Notes under the pieces: generated by a model
Databases searched by the model: none
Told to the model about the DNA's origin: nothing
Seen by the model: only the letters and a program-made list of their open reading frames with translations
Translations under genes and position numbers: made by a program
Assembly: GCA_040765725.1 (NCBI GenBank)
Contig: JAXGRQ010000003.1
Span: 11,409-75,408, forward strand
Length of the DNA: 64,000 nucleotides
Source: Syntrophales bacterium
GTDB lineage: Bacteria; Desulfobacterota; Syntrophia; Syntrophales; UBA5619
Direction of reading: 5' to 3'
Part shown: positions 49,571-59,380 of the stretch, in pieces
How the letters are laid out: each line of letters opens with the position of its first letter
How positions within the stretch are numbered: position 1 is the stretch's first letter

Positions 49571-50050
49571 ATGAAAAAAATTTCAATCATTTTGATCGCG
49601 GCACTGGCGCTGGTTTGGGTTGGTCTGGCCCTGGCCGCGGACCAGCCCAAATCGGGCGACCTGAAGGAGGTGGCTCTGGTTCAGGCCAAGGGCGTCAAGG
49701 GTGAGGCCAAGGGCACGCTTACGATCAACACCGCCACCGGCGCCGATGTCGCCATCCGGATCGCCGGTCTGGATCCCAAGGGCGTCTACACTGCTTTCTT
49801 CGTCAATGAGAAAAGCCTGATGTTCGAAGGCATCGGCGAAGCGCCCCATGTTCTCACGGTCAACGAGAAGGGAGAAGTGGATTTCAAGGGAACGATCAAA
49901 AAGAACATCTATAAGCGCTTTGTGACGGCGGGAATCTATCTCAATCCGGGCGGCAAACCCATGCCCAATCCGGTGGGGGTGAAGGCGGCCCTGGGGGCTC
50001 TGGTGGCAAAGGACAAACCCAAGCTCATTCTGCAGGGTAAGCTCAGATAA
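49571..50050 (+). CDS. Exported hypothetical protein (Sec signal peptide, beta-rich)
   Basis: MKKISIILIAALALVWVGLALA/AD signal peptide, strong RBS AGGGAGG. The ORF-track start 49391 is an unsupported upstream extension. Confidence 0.7.
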   Translation: MKKISIILIAALALVWVGLALAADQPKSGDLKEVALVQAKGVKGEAKGTLTINTATGADVAIRIAGLDPKGVYTAFFVNEKSLMFEGIGEAPHVLTVNEKGEVDFKGTIKKNIYKRFVTAGIYLNPGGKPMPNPVGVKAALGALVAKDKPKLILQGKLR

Positions 50051-50119
50051 ACCCTCGACGGAATTGACAGAAAAGATTCTCAAACCACCCGATTCGGGAA
50101 AGCATATGGAGGGAGATCT

Positions 50120-51475
50120 ATGAGCACATTGACGCAATACGATGTCGGCAAAATGAGTCGAACGGATATCCTTTCCGCCTGGAAGAGCTGGCAAATCAGG
50201 ATCTTCATCACCATCTGGTTCACCTATGCTTCATACTACCTGTGCCGCGCCAACATATCCTTTGCGCTGCCCGGCCTCTCCGACGAGTTCGGCTACTCCA
50301 AAACCCTTCTGGGCCTGCTGGGCACGGCCCTTTTCATCATGTATTCGCTGGGCCAGTTCGTCAACGGCCAGTTGGGCGACAAATACGGGGCCCGCAAGCT
50401 CGTCTTCGTGGGAATGGTGGGTTCGGCCCTGCTCAACATCATTTTCAGTTTTTCCACCGCGTTCGGCTTCATGCTGGTCGTCTGGGGCCTGAACGGCTAC
50501 TTCCAGTCCATGGGATGGTCGCCCCAGGTCAAGACCATGGCCAACTGGTTCACCGTGTCCCAGCGCGGGAAATGGATGGGCCTGATGGGTTCCTGCTACC
50601 AGATCGGAAACGCGGTCGCCTGGCTGCTGGCCTCCTATCTGGCGGCGAACTACACCTGGCGCGCCCTCTTCTGGGTGCCGGCCATCATCTTCCTCATCTC
50701 CTCGATCCACTTCGTGATTCGCCTCCGCAACGCGCCGGAGGAGGTCGGGCTTCCGCCGATCGAACAGCTTCGAAAGATCGCCGTAGGCGAAGCCCCCGAA
50801 CCCAAAACGCTCGACCCCACATCCGCTCCGGTGTGCCGTGTCACCGAGGACAAGCACATGGGATTCGGCTATACGGTCAAGACATGCCTGACCAATCCTC
50901 GAATCTGGGGCGTTTCCATCGCATTCTTCGGCCTGGACATCATCCGCTACGGTTTCTTCTACTGGGCGCCGGTTTTCCTGATTGAAGTCCAGGGGGCCTC
51001 GATCAGCAGCGCAGGCATTTCGGTCGCCGTCCTTCCCCTCGCCGGTTCGTGCGGCGCCATCTTTTGCGGATGGGCCACCGGCAAATTCTTCCAAAATCGC
51101 CGGGCCCCGGTGATCTGCCTCTGTCTCTTCGGCCTGGCCATCTTCTCCTATCTGTTCTACTACGCGCCTGAGGGGGCATGGGTCCTATCCCTGATCTACC
51201 TGGCCGTGATCGGGTTCTGCACCTACGGTGCCCACGTGCTGATGGTGGGACACGCGGCGCAGGATTTCGCCGGTCGCAAGGCCGCGGCCTCGGCCGCAGG
51301 TTTCATCGACGGTTTCGGCTACCTCGGCGCCGCGATGACCGGCATTTTCACCGGATGGCTGGTGGACAACTATAGCTGGACCGCCGCCTTCTGGTACTGG
51401 ATCATCGCCGCATTGGTGGCCGGCACCATCATGCTGGCCCTGTGGCGGGTGCCCGTCGTGGAAGTGGATGAATGA
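50120..51475 (+). CDS. MFS transporter with GlpT/UhpC-like (organophosphate:Pi antiporter family) N-terminal signature
   Basis: 451 aa, 12 TM segments, WQIRIFITIWFTYASYYLCRANISFALPGL and GQLGDKYGARK motifs. Confidence 0.75.
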   Translation: MSTLTQYDVGKMSRTDILSAWKSWQIRIFITIWFTYASYYLCRANISFALPGLSDEFGYSKTLLGLLGTALFIMYSLGQFVNGQLGDKYGARKLVFVGMVGSALLNIIFSFSTAFGFMLVVWGLNGYFQSMGWSPQVKTMANWFTVSQRGKWMGLMGSCYQIGNAVAWLLASYLAANYTWRALFWVPAIIFLISSIHFVIRLRNAPEEVGLPPIEQLRKIAVGEAPEPKTLDPTSAPVCRVTEDKHMGFGYTVKTCLTNPRIWGVSIAFFGLDIIRYGFFYWAPVFLIEVQGASISSAGISVAVLPLAGSCGAIFCGWATGKFFQNRRAPVICLCLFGLAIFSYLFYYAPEGAWVLSLIYLAVIGFCTYGAHVLMVGHAAQDFAGRKAAASAAGFIDGFGYLGAAMTGIFTGWLVDNYSWTAAFWYWIIAALVAGTIMLALWRVPVVEVDE

Positions 51476-51632
51476 ATGTGATTGGTTGTACGTACCAACT
51501 CCGCAGGTCGGATGCAGGCTCCCTCCTTTCCGCCGTTTTCCGGGCGACAAGGGGGGAGCCCCTTTCTGGTCGACACCCCGCGGGCCATGGGCGGGGCTGC
51601 AGCCATCAAACATAAGGGGATGACCTTAACGC

Positions 51633-52100
51633 ATGGGCTGGCACGATCTGATCCCGAAAACCACCATTTCCGATGAAACCATGGAGGCCCTCGCTCCGGT
51701 GATGCTTGCTCAGAAACGGTTTAACGAAGGCCGATATGATGAGGCCGAGGGCTATTTTCACCAGGCCCTGAAGAACTACCCACCCAAGTCCGCCGGACGC
51801 GTCCTGATTTACAACAAGATGGGGATCCTGTACGAAACCATAGGGGATCCGCGGCGCGCATTGGATAGCTACGACAGAAGTGCGCAAGAGGGGGCGCTCA
51901 CCCCCTTTACCTATCTTCGGCTGAGCAACCTGCATCTGGAAGCAGGCCGTCCGTCCGAGGCCCTGGCCTCCGCGAAACGGGGAATCCGGGCTTTGAAAAA
52001 GTCCCGTACCAACCTTCCCCAGGAGATCTACTTCTGGTTTCTGCTCCAGAAAATGAAGTGGAAAATCCATCGCCGCATCTCACGTTCCCGACAAATCTGA
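51633..52100 (+). CDS. Small TPR-like repeat protein
   Basis: 155 aa. Repeats of the type RYDEAEGYFHQALKNYP / LYETIGDPRRALDSYDRS / LHLEAGRPSEALASAKRG. Confidence 0.55.
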   Translation: MGWHDLIPKTTISDETMEALAPVMLAQKRFNEGRYDEAEGYFHQALKNYPPKSAGRVLIYNKMGILYETIGDPRRALDSYDRSAQEGALTPFTYLRLSNLHLEAGRPSEALASAKRGIRALKKSRTNLPQEIYFWFLLQKMKWKIHRRISRSRQI

Positions 52101-52256
52101 AGTCCGACAGTATCGATCCCGGAAACTTTCGCGATGATCCGTCGCAGACTTTTTGAAATACGAATTGCGCTTGTCGATCTCCCTCTTTCACTGTTCAAGC
52201 GGGTATGATAAGGAAAAGCATATACTGCACAAGAAAGGTTGGATCCGCTGAATCCC

Positions 52257-52964
52257 ATGAACCTCATCCATCAGTTGGAATGCGCGATTGTGAAGGGGGA
52301 TATCCAAAGAGCCGCCGCCCTCACCGAAAAATGTCTCCGGGAGGGCCTTGCCCCATCGTTCATCATCGAAAAGGGAATCCTGCACGGGATGGATATCGTA
52401 GGGGAAAAATGGAAGACCTTCGAATACTTTATCCCGAATGTTCTGATCTCGGCCATTGCGACGAAACTTTCCCTCGGCATCCTGCAGCCCGCCTTGAACG
52501 CGGCACAACCACGCTTTATCGGAAAGGCTTTGGCGGGAACCGTGAGCGGGGACGTCCACGACATCGGCAAAAACATTGTCCTCATGTTCATGCAGGCAAA
52601 CGGATTCGAGGTTGTTGATCTCGGAATTGATGTGACGCCTGAAAATTTTGTCAAAGCGGTCCGGAAGGAAAAACCGGATTTGCTGCTGCTCTCCTGTCTG
52701 TACACCCTCACGATGCACGCCATGGAAGACACGCTGATCGCGTTGAAGAAAGCCGGGCTCAAAGGAAATGTCCGCACCCTTGTCGGCGGCGCCCCCATCA
52801 CCCAGGAGTATGCCGACAGCATCGGGGCGGATGGATTCGGGATGGATGCGATGGATGGCGTGGACAAGGCGAAGGCGTTATTGGTCGGAACGAAAAGGGG
52901 GAGAATCAAAAATGCTTTCGAATCAGGAAATCCCTCGCCGGATGTCGGGCTTCGAGCTGTCTGA
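52257..52964 (+). CDS. Corrinoid (cobalamin-binding) methyl-carrier protein, second copy
   Basis: DxHxxG motif GDVHDIGKN, collinear with 47529-48170. ATG 52257 chosen by alignment with the paralog N-terminus. Confidence 0.85.
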   Translation: MNLIHQLECAIVKGDIQRAAALTEKCLREGLAPSFIIEKGILHGMDIVGEKWKTFEYFIPNVLISAIATKLSLGILQPALNAAQPRFIGKALAGTVSGDVHDIGKNIVLMFMQANGFEVVDLGIDVTPENFVKAVRKEKPDLLLLSCLYTLTMHAMEDTLIALKKAGLKGNVRTLVGGAPITQEYADSIGADGFGMDAMDGVDKAKALLVGTKRGRIKNAFESGNPSPDVGLRAV

Positions 52965-54246
52965 AAACCATCTCTTCTCGCGAATCATCGACTCTTTTCA
53001 GCAGGCCACCAAAATGCAGGCCCGCCTTTTCCCATTGCAGGGTTTGGGGGAAATCGGATCGATCGAAGGGAAAGGTCACCCGTTTTGTCAAGCCATCAGG
53101 AGCTGTTCCCCGGGAAGGGAAAACTGTCTCAACGAGATCAATCGCGCCATCCGGATGTCGATCAAAACGGGAGAGCCTTATATCTTTCAATGTCACATGG
53201 ACATAATCGAATTCACCGCACCGCTTTTCCAGCGGGGGAAACCCCTCTCCGCCTTTGTTTGCGGTCCGATACTGCTCAGACCCCTCAACCCGCTGATGGA
53301 GAAGGGCATTGTCGACAAAGCAAAAGAACTTTCGCCGAACGACGGGGAGTCGCTTAGGCAAACCCTTGCGGAGATTCCCGTATTTCCGGAACGCCAGGTT
53401 CAGGCCGCGGCCGATCTTCTGTTCATGATCGCCAATTATTTCTCCAATATGGATTCGATGTCCCTGCAAAGGGAACATGAAATCAATAAACAGCAGGCTC
53501 AGTTGGCGGAAAAACTTCATATCAGCAAGCGGCAGACACCCGCCGAACCGACGGTTCCCCTGTCCGATCTTCACGCGAGGGGAAATCTTTACAAGGAAAA
53601 AGAACTGATCGAACTCATCAAAATGGGGGATCGAAAGGGCGCAAAAGAATTGCTGGACGATCTTCTCGGAACGACGCTGTTCCGAAGTCATGAGCATATC
53701 GGGATCCTGAAAGCCAGGGCCCTGGAGATCATTTTCATCATTGCACGGGCGGCGGTGGAGGCGGGCGCCAACCTGGAGGAGATCCTCGGGTTCAAATACC
53801 AGTATGTCCAGAACCTGTCTCAGGACGACTCACAGGAAACCCTCTATTATTTCTTGAAAAAGGCCTTCGACCAACTCTTCGAGTGCATCTATCAAAATCG
53901 GAACATCCGTCATACCCGTCTTTTCATCAAAGCCAAGGAATATATCTGGGGACATTACAACGAGGAGATCTCCTTAAAAAAAACGGCCCTGGCCGTTGGA
54001 GTCAATTCCTACTATCTCAGCCATCTTTTCCGGGAAGAAATGGGAATCTCCTTCCTGGATTACCTCACCTCCGTCCGGATTTCGATCGCGAAAAAACTGC
54101 TCATTCAGAGAGAGTTGAGCATGTTGCAGATCTGCCTCGAAGTCGGATACCAGGACCCCAGCCATTTCTCGAAGGTTTTCAAGAAAAAAGAGGGGATCTC
54201 CCCGACGGAATACCGAAAGCAGTCGATCGAACAGAACGTCGACTGA
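52912..54246 (+). CDS. AraC-family transcriptional regulator with N-terminal PocR-type sensory domain
   Basis: PocR-like region (HPFCQAIRSCSPGRENCLNE...YIFQCHMDIIEFTAPLF) and C-terminal AraC HTH (VGVNSYYLSHLFREEMGISFLDYL...VGYQDPSHFSKVFKKKEGISPTEYR). ATG 52912 with GGGGGAG RBS. Confidence 0.85.
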   Translation: MLSNQEIPRRMSGFELSENHLFSRIIDSFQQATKMQARLFPLQGLGEIGSIEGKGHPFCQAIRSCSPGRENCLNEINRAIRMSIKTGEPYIFQCHMDIIEFTAPLFQRGKPLSAFVCGPILLRPLNPLMEKGIVDKAKELSPNDGESLRQTLAEIPVFPERQVQAAADLLFMIANYFSNMDSMSLQREHEINKQQAQLAEKLHISKRQTPAEPTVPLSDLHARGNLYKEKELIELIKMGDRKGAKELLDDLLGTTLFRSHEHIGILKARALEIIFIIARAAVEAGANLEEILGFKYQYVQNLSQDDSQETLYYFLKKAFDQLFECIYQNRNIRHTRLFIKAKEYIWGHYNEEISLKKTALAVGVNSYYLSHLFREEMGISFLDYLTSVRISIAKKLLIQRELSMLQICLEVGYQDPSHFSKVFKKKEGISPTEYRKQSIEQNVD

Positions 54247-54260
54247 TCTCCGACCCACTT

Positions 54261-55055
54261 TTATTCCACCCGCCCTTCACGGAATGCACAGATATAATCC
54301 ATACAGAAGTCGTCCTTTCCGGCGATCACGGTTGAGGCCTTGAGCATCGCGAAGAGGAGCTTGTCCGTCGGATCAATGATCGCCGAATCGAGCCCCATCG
54401 CGATGGCCGCCGCCAGGAAGGCCCGGTTGACCAATTTTCTCGCCGGAAGGCCGAAGGAGACATTCGTCAGGCCACAGACCGTATGAACGCCGGGAAATTC
54501 TATCATGATCCGGCGGATGGCCTCGAGCGTGGCGGCGGCCGATTTCGGATTGGTCGACAGCGGATAGACCAGCGGATCGATGTGGATGTCGTCCAGCGGA
54601 ACGCCGGCCCCGGTCAGCCGCTCGACCAGCAAGCCCGCAAGCCTGACCTTGTCGTCCGCCGTCTCGGCCATCGCCTGCTCCGATTGGCACAGCGCGATGA
54701 TTTTGGTCTTGTTCTCGACAACGAGCGGCAGGATACCCGCAAGCCGCGCGGGCTCCAGCGTGATCGAATTGATCATCGGCGCTTTTTTGACCAGCGGCAG
54801 AATCGCCCGAATCACCTCCGGGTCGGGACTGTCGATGGAGAGGGGCAGATCGGTCACCTCCTGCACCGCTTCGACGATCCATTTGAGTTTTTCCGTCTCC
54901 TCCCCGACGAAGGTGCCGGCATTGACGTCGATGTATTGGGCGCCGGCCTCGGTCTGCGTCTTGGCCTCCCCCTGAATGAATGCCCGATCGGCGGCCGAAA
55001 TGGCCTGGGCGATCGACTTTCGCGACGCATTGATCCTCTCGGCAATAATCAGCAT
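54261..55055 (-). CDS. Methyl-tetrahydrofolate:corrinoid methyltransferase (pterin-binding DHPS-like/MtrH/AcsE-type), copy 1
   Basis: 264 aa, IIAERINASRK...YIDVNAG...LSIDSP...HIDPLV...CGLTNVSFGLPARKLVNRAFL pterin-binding barrel pattern. Confidence 0.8.
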   Translation of the reverse strand: MLIIAERINASRKSIAQAISAADRAFIQGEAKTQTEAGAQYIDVNAGTFVGEETEKLKWIVEAVQEVTDLPLSIDSPDPEVIRAILPLVKKAPMINSITLEPARLAGILPLVVENKTKIIALCQSEQAMAETADDKVRLAGLLVERLTGAGVPLDDIHIDPLVYPLSTNPKSAAATLEAIRRIMIEFPGVHTVCGLTNVSFGLPARKLVNRAFLAAAIAMGLDSAIIDPTDKLLFAMLKASTVIAGKDDFCMDYICAFREGRVE

Positions 55056-55471
55056 GTTGATTCTCCTTTCGATTCAACCTCCGGAATCCGCAGCCTTCGG
55101 GCCGTATGATCGCGCCCCAAATAGAAGTTGATCCAGGAGGAGGTCTGATAAAAATCCCAGTTGCAGGGAGGAACTGGCGCGTCCTCCAGACGAGACTCCT
55201 CCCCGTAACGCTTCAATCTTGCATACGCTTCAACATAAATGCAGCGCCTCTTGCCCGGGTGAACCTCGCACCAGCCGTTGAAGCTGCCGCCGCAGGCCCC
55301 GTTTCGCTGGTGCTTCGGACATCGGGACATCGGGCAGTTGTAGGCCACATCCGTCAGCGCGCAATCCCCACAGTCCTTGCAGTCGAACAGCAGGACCTTC
55401 GAAAGATGCTCCAGTTTGTGAAAAAGGCGCTCTCCTTTTGTCCCATTCACAGACCGGCAGATCCAGCGCAT
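55049..55471 (-). CDS. metV: Methylenetetrahydrofolate reductase C-terminal-domain protein (zinc-ribbon, MetV-like)
   Basis: CKDCGDCAL...CPMSRCPKHQRNGACGG cysteine pattern. Immediately downstream of metF. Confidence 0.7.
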   Translation of the reverse strand: MRWICRSVNGTKGERLFHKLEHLSKVLLFDCKDCGDCALTDVAYNCPMSRCPKHQRNGACGGSFNGWCEVHPGKRRCIYVEAYARLKRYGEESRLEDAPVPPCNWDFYQTSSWINFYLGRDHTARRLRIPEVESKGESTC

Positions 55472-55504
55472 CGCACCGAAGAGCTTCTTTTCTGGCTCGA
55501 ACTA

Positions 55505-56638
55505 TCAGCCGGTGAAAAAACCTGGAATTCCGGTAGGAAAACCGACCGGCGCATCGAGGGGTCTTCCCCTTCTCTCCGTCGGGACTTCTGTATTGAGACC
55601 CGTCCTCGTATCCTTCTCGTAGAGGTAGAATCCGTCCGGCTGCGGATAATCGAAATGGGCGATCAGCTCCGGCCAGACGGGAGCGAGGGATTCCCCCCGG
55701 GCGATGATCTCTTCGACCTCTTCATAGTTCAGGTTGTGTCCGCCGATGTGGACGCCGCTGAACCCCATCCCCTTCATGAAGGCGTACATTCGGGCGGCGC
55801 GGAGCAATCGCGCCTTTATGCCCTTGTCCGGCTCGCTCCTCTCCCGGTCCAGCACCGTCAGGAGTTTGTCCGTGACGACACACCCGGGGATCCGGTTTTG
55901 GTTCATCAGTTTTGCCGCTCCGAAGGGAAGAACGTAGATGTTCCCCACGATCGGGACATCCAGACCGCTCAGCCTCATGAATTGAAGCACCTCGTGGAAC
56001 TTCCGTGCATCATAGCCGAGCTGCGTGACGACAAACTGCGCACCCGCACCGATTTTTTTTCGCAGTTTGAAATACTGAACCATCTGTTCCGCTTCGGTCG
56101 CCTTGAAGGGGGAGACGGCGGCGCCGAAGAAAAATTCGCTCTTTTGATGATGGACGGTCTCCTTGAGTCCGGGATACTCCAGGCCCCGGTTCATCTGTAT
56201 GACCAGCTCGAGCACATGAATGGGGTCGAGATCGAAAACCGGCGCAGGCCTTCCCTGAAAACCGGCAGCCGGATAATCGCCGCTCATGACCAGAAGGTTC
56301 CGCACCTCTGCACGGTCCAACGCATAGAGCTCGCTTTCGATTTGGTTGCGATTCTTGTCCTTGCAGGTAAAATGGACCAGCGGTTCGATGCCGAGACGCA
56401 GGATCTCCGCGCCGAGACATCCGGCGAGGATGGCCGGGTTCCCGCCGGGATTGTCGGTAATCGTCAGCGCATGAATCCGTCCGCCCCTGGCCGCCTGCTC
56501 CGCGGCCGCCAGCACATTCTGCTGCGCCTTCTCCCGCGCCCCCCTCCCCGGCACCAGTTCCCACGTGACCGAAAAGGTCTTCGGGTGCAGCAGGGACTTT
56601 CGGAAACGGTTCTCCAATCTGTTCACCTTATTCGACAC
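55505..56638 (-). CDS. metF: 5,10-methylenetetrahydrofolate reductase (long 377-aa form)
   Basis: FSVTWELVPGRG...LTITDNPGG...HFTCKD...VMSGD...FFFGAAVSPF... MTHFR TIM-barrel pattern. Confidence 0.85.
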   Translation of the reverse strand: MSNKVNRLENRFRKSLLHPKTFSVTWELVPGRGAREKAQQNVLAAAEQAARGGRIHALTITDNPGGNPAILAGCLGAEILRLGIEPLVHFTCKDKNRNQIESELYALDRAEVRNLLVMSGDYPAAGFQGRPAPVFDLDPIHVLELVIQMNRGLEYPGLKETVHHQKSEFFFGAAVSPFKATEAEQMVQYFKLRKKIGAGAQFVVTQLGYDARKFHEVLQFMRLSGLDVPIVGNIYVLPFGAAKLMNQNRIPGCVVTDKLLTVLDRERSEPDKGIKARLLRAARMYAFMKGMGFSGVHIGGHNLNYEEVEEIIARGESLAPVWPELIAHFDYPQPDGFYLYEKDTRTGLNTEVPTERRGRPLDAPVGFPTGIPGFFTG

Positions 56639-57515
56639 CCGCCGCGAGCTTCGCGGCCTTCAGCGTGTTGGACATCAGCATCGTGATCGTCATCGGCCCC
56701 ACGCCCCCGGGAACCGGCGTGATCATCCCCGCTTTCTCCTTCACCGCGTCAAAATCCACATCGCCGCAAAGGATAGCCTTCCCCTCGGCGGTCTTGCCGA
56801 TCCGGTTGACGCCCACATCGATCACCACGGCCCCTTCCTTGACCATCTCCGCCGTGATTGCCTTCGGCCTTCCCGCCGCGACGATCAGGATATCCGCCCG
56901 CCGGGTGTGAAAGGCCAGATCCACCGTTCCCGTGTGGCAGATTGTAACCGTCGCATTCGCCCCGGCCTGTTTCTGCAGCAGGATATTGGCGATCGGCTTG
57001 CCGACGATGTTCGACCGCCCGACCACGACCACCTCCGCCCCGTCGGTCTTCACGCCGGACCGGACCAGGAGCTGCTGGATTCCGGCCGGCGTGCAGGGGA
57101 GGTAATCCGCCTTGCCGATCACCATCTTTCCCACGTTCACCGGATGAAAGCCGTCCACATCCTTCTTCGGATCGATCGCGTAGAGAACCTTCGTCTCGTT
57201 GATCTGCTTTGGAAGCGGAAGTTGCACCAGGATACCGTGGATCTTCGGATCCCGGTTGTACCGTTCGATCAGATCGAGCAGTTCCGCCTCGGGAATATTC
57301 GCTGGTCGGTTCTCCTGGATGGAGCAAAATCCAAGCGCCTTCGCGGTTTTCTGTTTCGCCGCCACATAGCTCATCGAGGCCGGATTTTCGCCGACCAGAA
57401 TCGTGACAAGCCCCGGAACGACCTGGAATTTTTCTTTCAGGCGCGCCGTATCCGTTGCGATCTCCTCCCGGACCTGCCGGGCGATCTCGTTTCCCCTGAT
57501 CAACGCAGCCGACAT
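56628..57515 (-). CDS. folD: Bifunctional methylene-THF dehydrogenase / methenyl-THF cyclohydrolase
   Basis: PGLVTILVGENPAS..YV, ILVQLPLP, VVVGRSNIVGKP, PVPGGVGPMTI. Confidence 0.92.
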   Translation of the reverse strand: MSAALIRGNEIARQVREEIATDTARLKEKFQVVPGLVTILVGENPASMSYVAAKQKTAKALGFCSIQENRPANIPEAELLDLIERYNRDPKIHGILVQLPLPKQINETKVLYAIDPKKDVDGFHPVNVGKMVIGKADYLPCTPAGIQQLLVRSGVKTDGAEVVVVGRSNIVGKPIANILLQKQAGANATVTICHTGTVDLAFHTRRADILIVAAGRPKAITAEMVKEGAVVIDVGVNRIGKTAEGKAILCGDVDFDAVKEKAGMITPVPGGVGPMTITMLMSNTLKAAKLAAGVE

Positions 57516-57530
57516 ACATCATCCCCCTTT

Positions 57531-59306
57531 CTAAAACAACCCCTTTACGCGACCCGTTTCGCAATCCACGTCGATCCGGCGATAGGCCGGATCCGAGGCC
57601 GTCCCCGGCATCAGCTTGATCTCGCCGGCCACCGGCACCAGAAACTTCGCCCCACCGTAAATCAGGATGTCCCGGATCGGGAGCGTCCATTCCCGCGGTC
57701 GTCCCTTGAGCGCAGGATCATGCGTGAGGCTCAGATGGGTCTTGACCATGCAGGTCCTAAAGGTCCTGAGCTCCGGATCCGCCTCGAACCGTTTGGCTTT
57801 CTCCAGGGCCAGCGGCCAATAGTGAACGCCGTCCGCACCGTAGACCTCCTTCGCGATCTTTTCAATCCGCCCGCGCAACGGAAGCGCATCCTCATACAGG
57901 AAATGGAAATCGTTCTGATCACGACACGCATCGATCACCGCCTCGGCCAGTTCCTGTGCGCCGGCGCCGCCCCTGAGCCAGTGCTCGGATAAGGCGACCC
58001 GCGCCCCCGCCTGCTCGGTCAAGGAGCGGAGCAATGCGATTTCCGCCTTCGTATCGGTGTGAAAACTGTTGATGCAGACCACCGGCTGAATTCCCGACTT
58101 CTGAACGGTCTCGATATGAGCCAGCAGATTGGCAAAACCCTTCTCCAACAGTGGGAGATTCTCGCTGGTGTAGGCCGGATCGAGCTTTTTCCCCGGCGCC
58201 ACCCGAGGCCCCCCGCCGTGCATCTTCAATGCCCGGACCGTGGCCACGATGACGGCGCAGTTGGGTGTCAGTCCACTCAGCCGGCTTTTGATGTTGCAAA
58301 ACTTCTCGAATCCGATGTCCACGCCGAAGCCGCTCTCCGTCACATGATAATCGGCCATTTTCAGCGCCACACGGTCGGCGATGATCGAACTCTGGCCGAC
58401 GGCGATGTTCGCGAAGGGCCCGGCATGGACAAAGACCGGCTGCCCCTCGACGGTTTGGAGGAGGTTTGGATTGATCGCCTTGACCATCCAGGCGGTCATC
58501 GCTCCCGCCACATCCAGGTCGGAGGCCGTCACCGGCTCGCCTTTCCTGCTGTATGCCACGATGATATTCCCCATTCGCTCCCGGAGATCCCGCAGGTCCG
58601 TCGCCACGGAGAGAATCGCCATGATCTCCGAGCTCACGGTAATGGCGAAACCGGAGCTCATCATGAAGCCGTCCATTTTTCCGCCGATGCCGATTACGAT
58701 CTCCCTCAAGGCCTGGGCGCAGAAGTCGATGGCCCACTTCATCTGAACGTTTCGCGGATCAATGTCGAGGCGTTTGAGGTTTTTCGCCGAGAGGATTGCA
58801 TCGTCGTAGTTGAATTCGTGCTGCATCCGAGAGGTGAGCGCCGTCATCGCCAGGTTATGCGCGCTGGCCACGCAGTCGATATCGCCGGTCAATCCCAGCG
58901 AAAAAGGGGTCAATGGGATGCACTGTGAAAGGCCTCCCCCGGCGGCACTCCCCTTGATATTGAAGGTGGGCCCCCCGGAAGGCTGCCGAATCGCGGCGGT
59001 CGCCTTCACTCCTTTTTTGGCCAGCCCCTGCACCAGGCCCATGACGGTCGTGCTCTTACCCTCGCCGAGCGGCGTGGGGGTGATCGCGGTCACGTCAATG
59101 TACTTTCCGTCCGGTTTCTTCTGAAGACGGTTAAGAAGTTTGATGAAGTCCACCTTGCCGACATAATGGCCCATCGGGATGAGTTCGTCCCCCTCGATGC
59201 CCGCCTCGTCGGCCAGTTGAGCAATCGTCTTCATGTGTTTTTCGGCCTCTTCGGCCACCTGCCAATCCTGCAATTTTCTGGGATCGAGATCGGTGATCTT
59301 GAACAT
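57531..59306 (-). CDS. fhs: Formate--tetrahydrofolate ligase
   Basis: [14 protein letters not shown]-loop, [10 protein letters not shown]. Start set at ATG 59306 (GGGAGGG RBS); the ORF-track form adds 41 unsupported residues. Confidence 0.92.
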   Translation of the reverse strand: MFKITDLDPRKLQDWQVAEEAEKHMKTIAQLADEAGIEGDELIPMGHYVGKVDFIKLLNRLQKKPDGKYIDVTAITPTPLGEGKSTTVMGLVQGLAKKGVKATAAIRQPSGGPTFNIKGSAAGGGLSQCIPLTPFSLGLTGDIDCVASAHNLAMTALTSRMQHEFNYDDAILSAKNLKRLDIDPRNVQMKWAIDFCAQALREIVIGIGGKMDGFMMSSGFAITVSSEIMAILSVATDLRDLRERMGNIIVAYSRKGEPVTASDLDVAGAMTAWMVKAINPNLLQTVEGQPVFVHAGPFANIAVGQSSIIADRVALKMADYHVTESGFGVDIGFEKFCNIKSRLSGLTPNCAVIVATVRALKMHGGGPRVAPGKKLDPAYTSENLPLLEKGFANLLAHIETVQKSGIQPVVCINSFHTDTKAEIALLRSLTEQAGARVALSEHWLRGGAGAQELAEAVIDACRDQNDFHFLYEDALPLRGRIEKIAKEVYGADGVHYWPLALEKAKRFEADPELRTFRTCMVKTHLSLTHDPALKGRPREWTLPIRDILIYGGAKFLVPVAGEIKLMPGTASDPAYRRIDVDCETGRVKGLF

Positions 59307-59380
59307 TCCGTGAATACCCTCCCACGAAAGACAATGATTTTTGTTTTTCCCTTTTCCCGTCAGGCCGGACCCATCCAAGC

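Noticed and set aside
55106-57992. Two long plus-strand ORFs (526 aa and 475 aa)
   Set aside because: They are antisense to metF, folD and fhs, which have unmistakable motifs on the minus strand. The translations are Arg/Pro-rich and low complexity.
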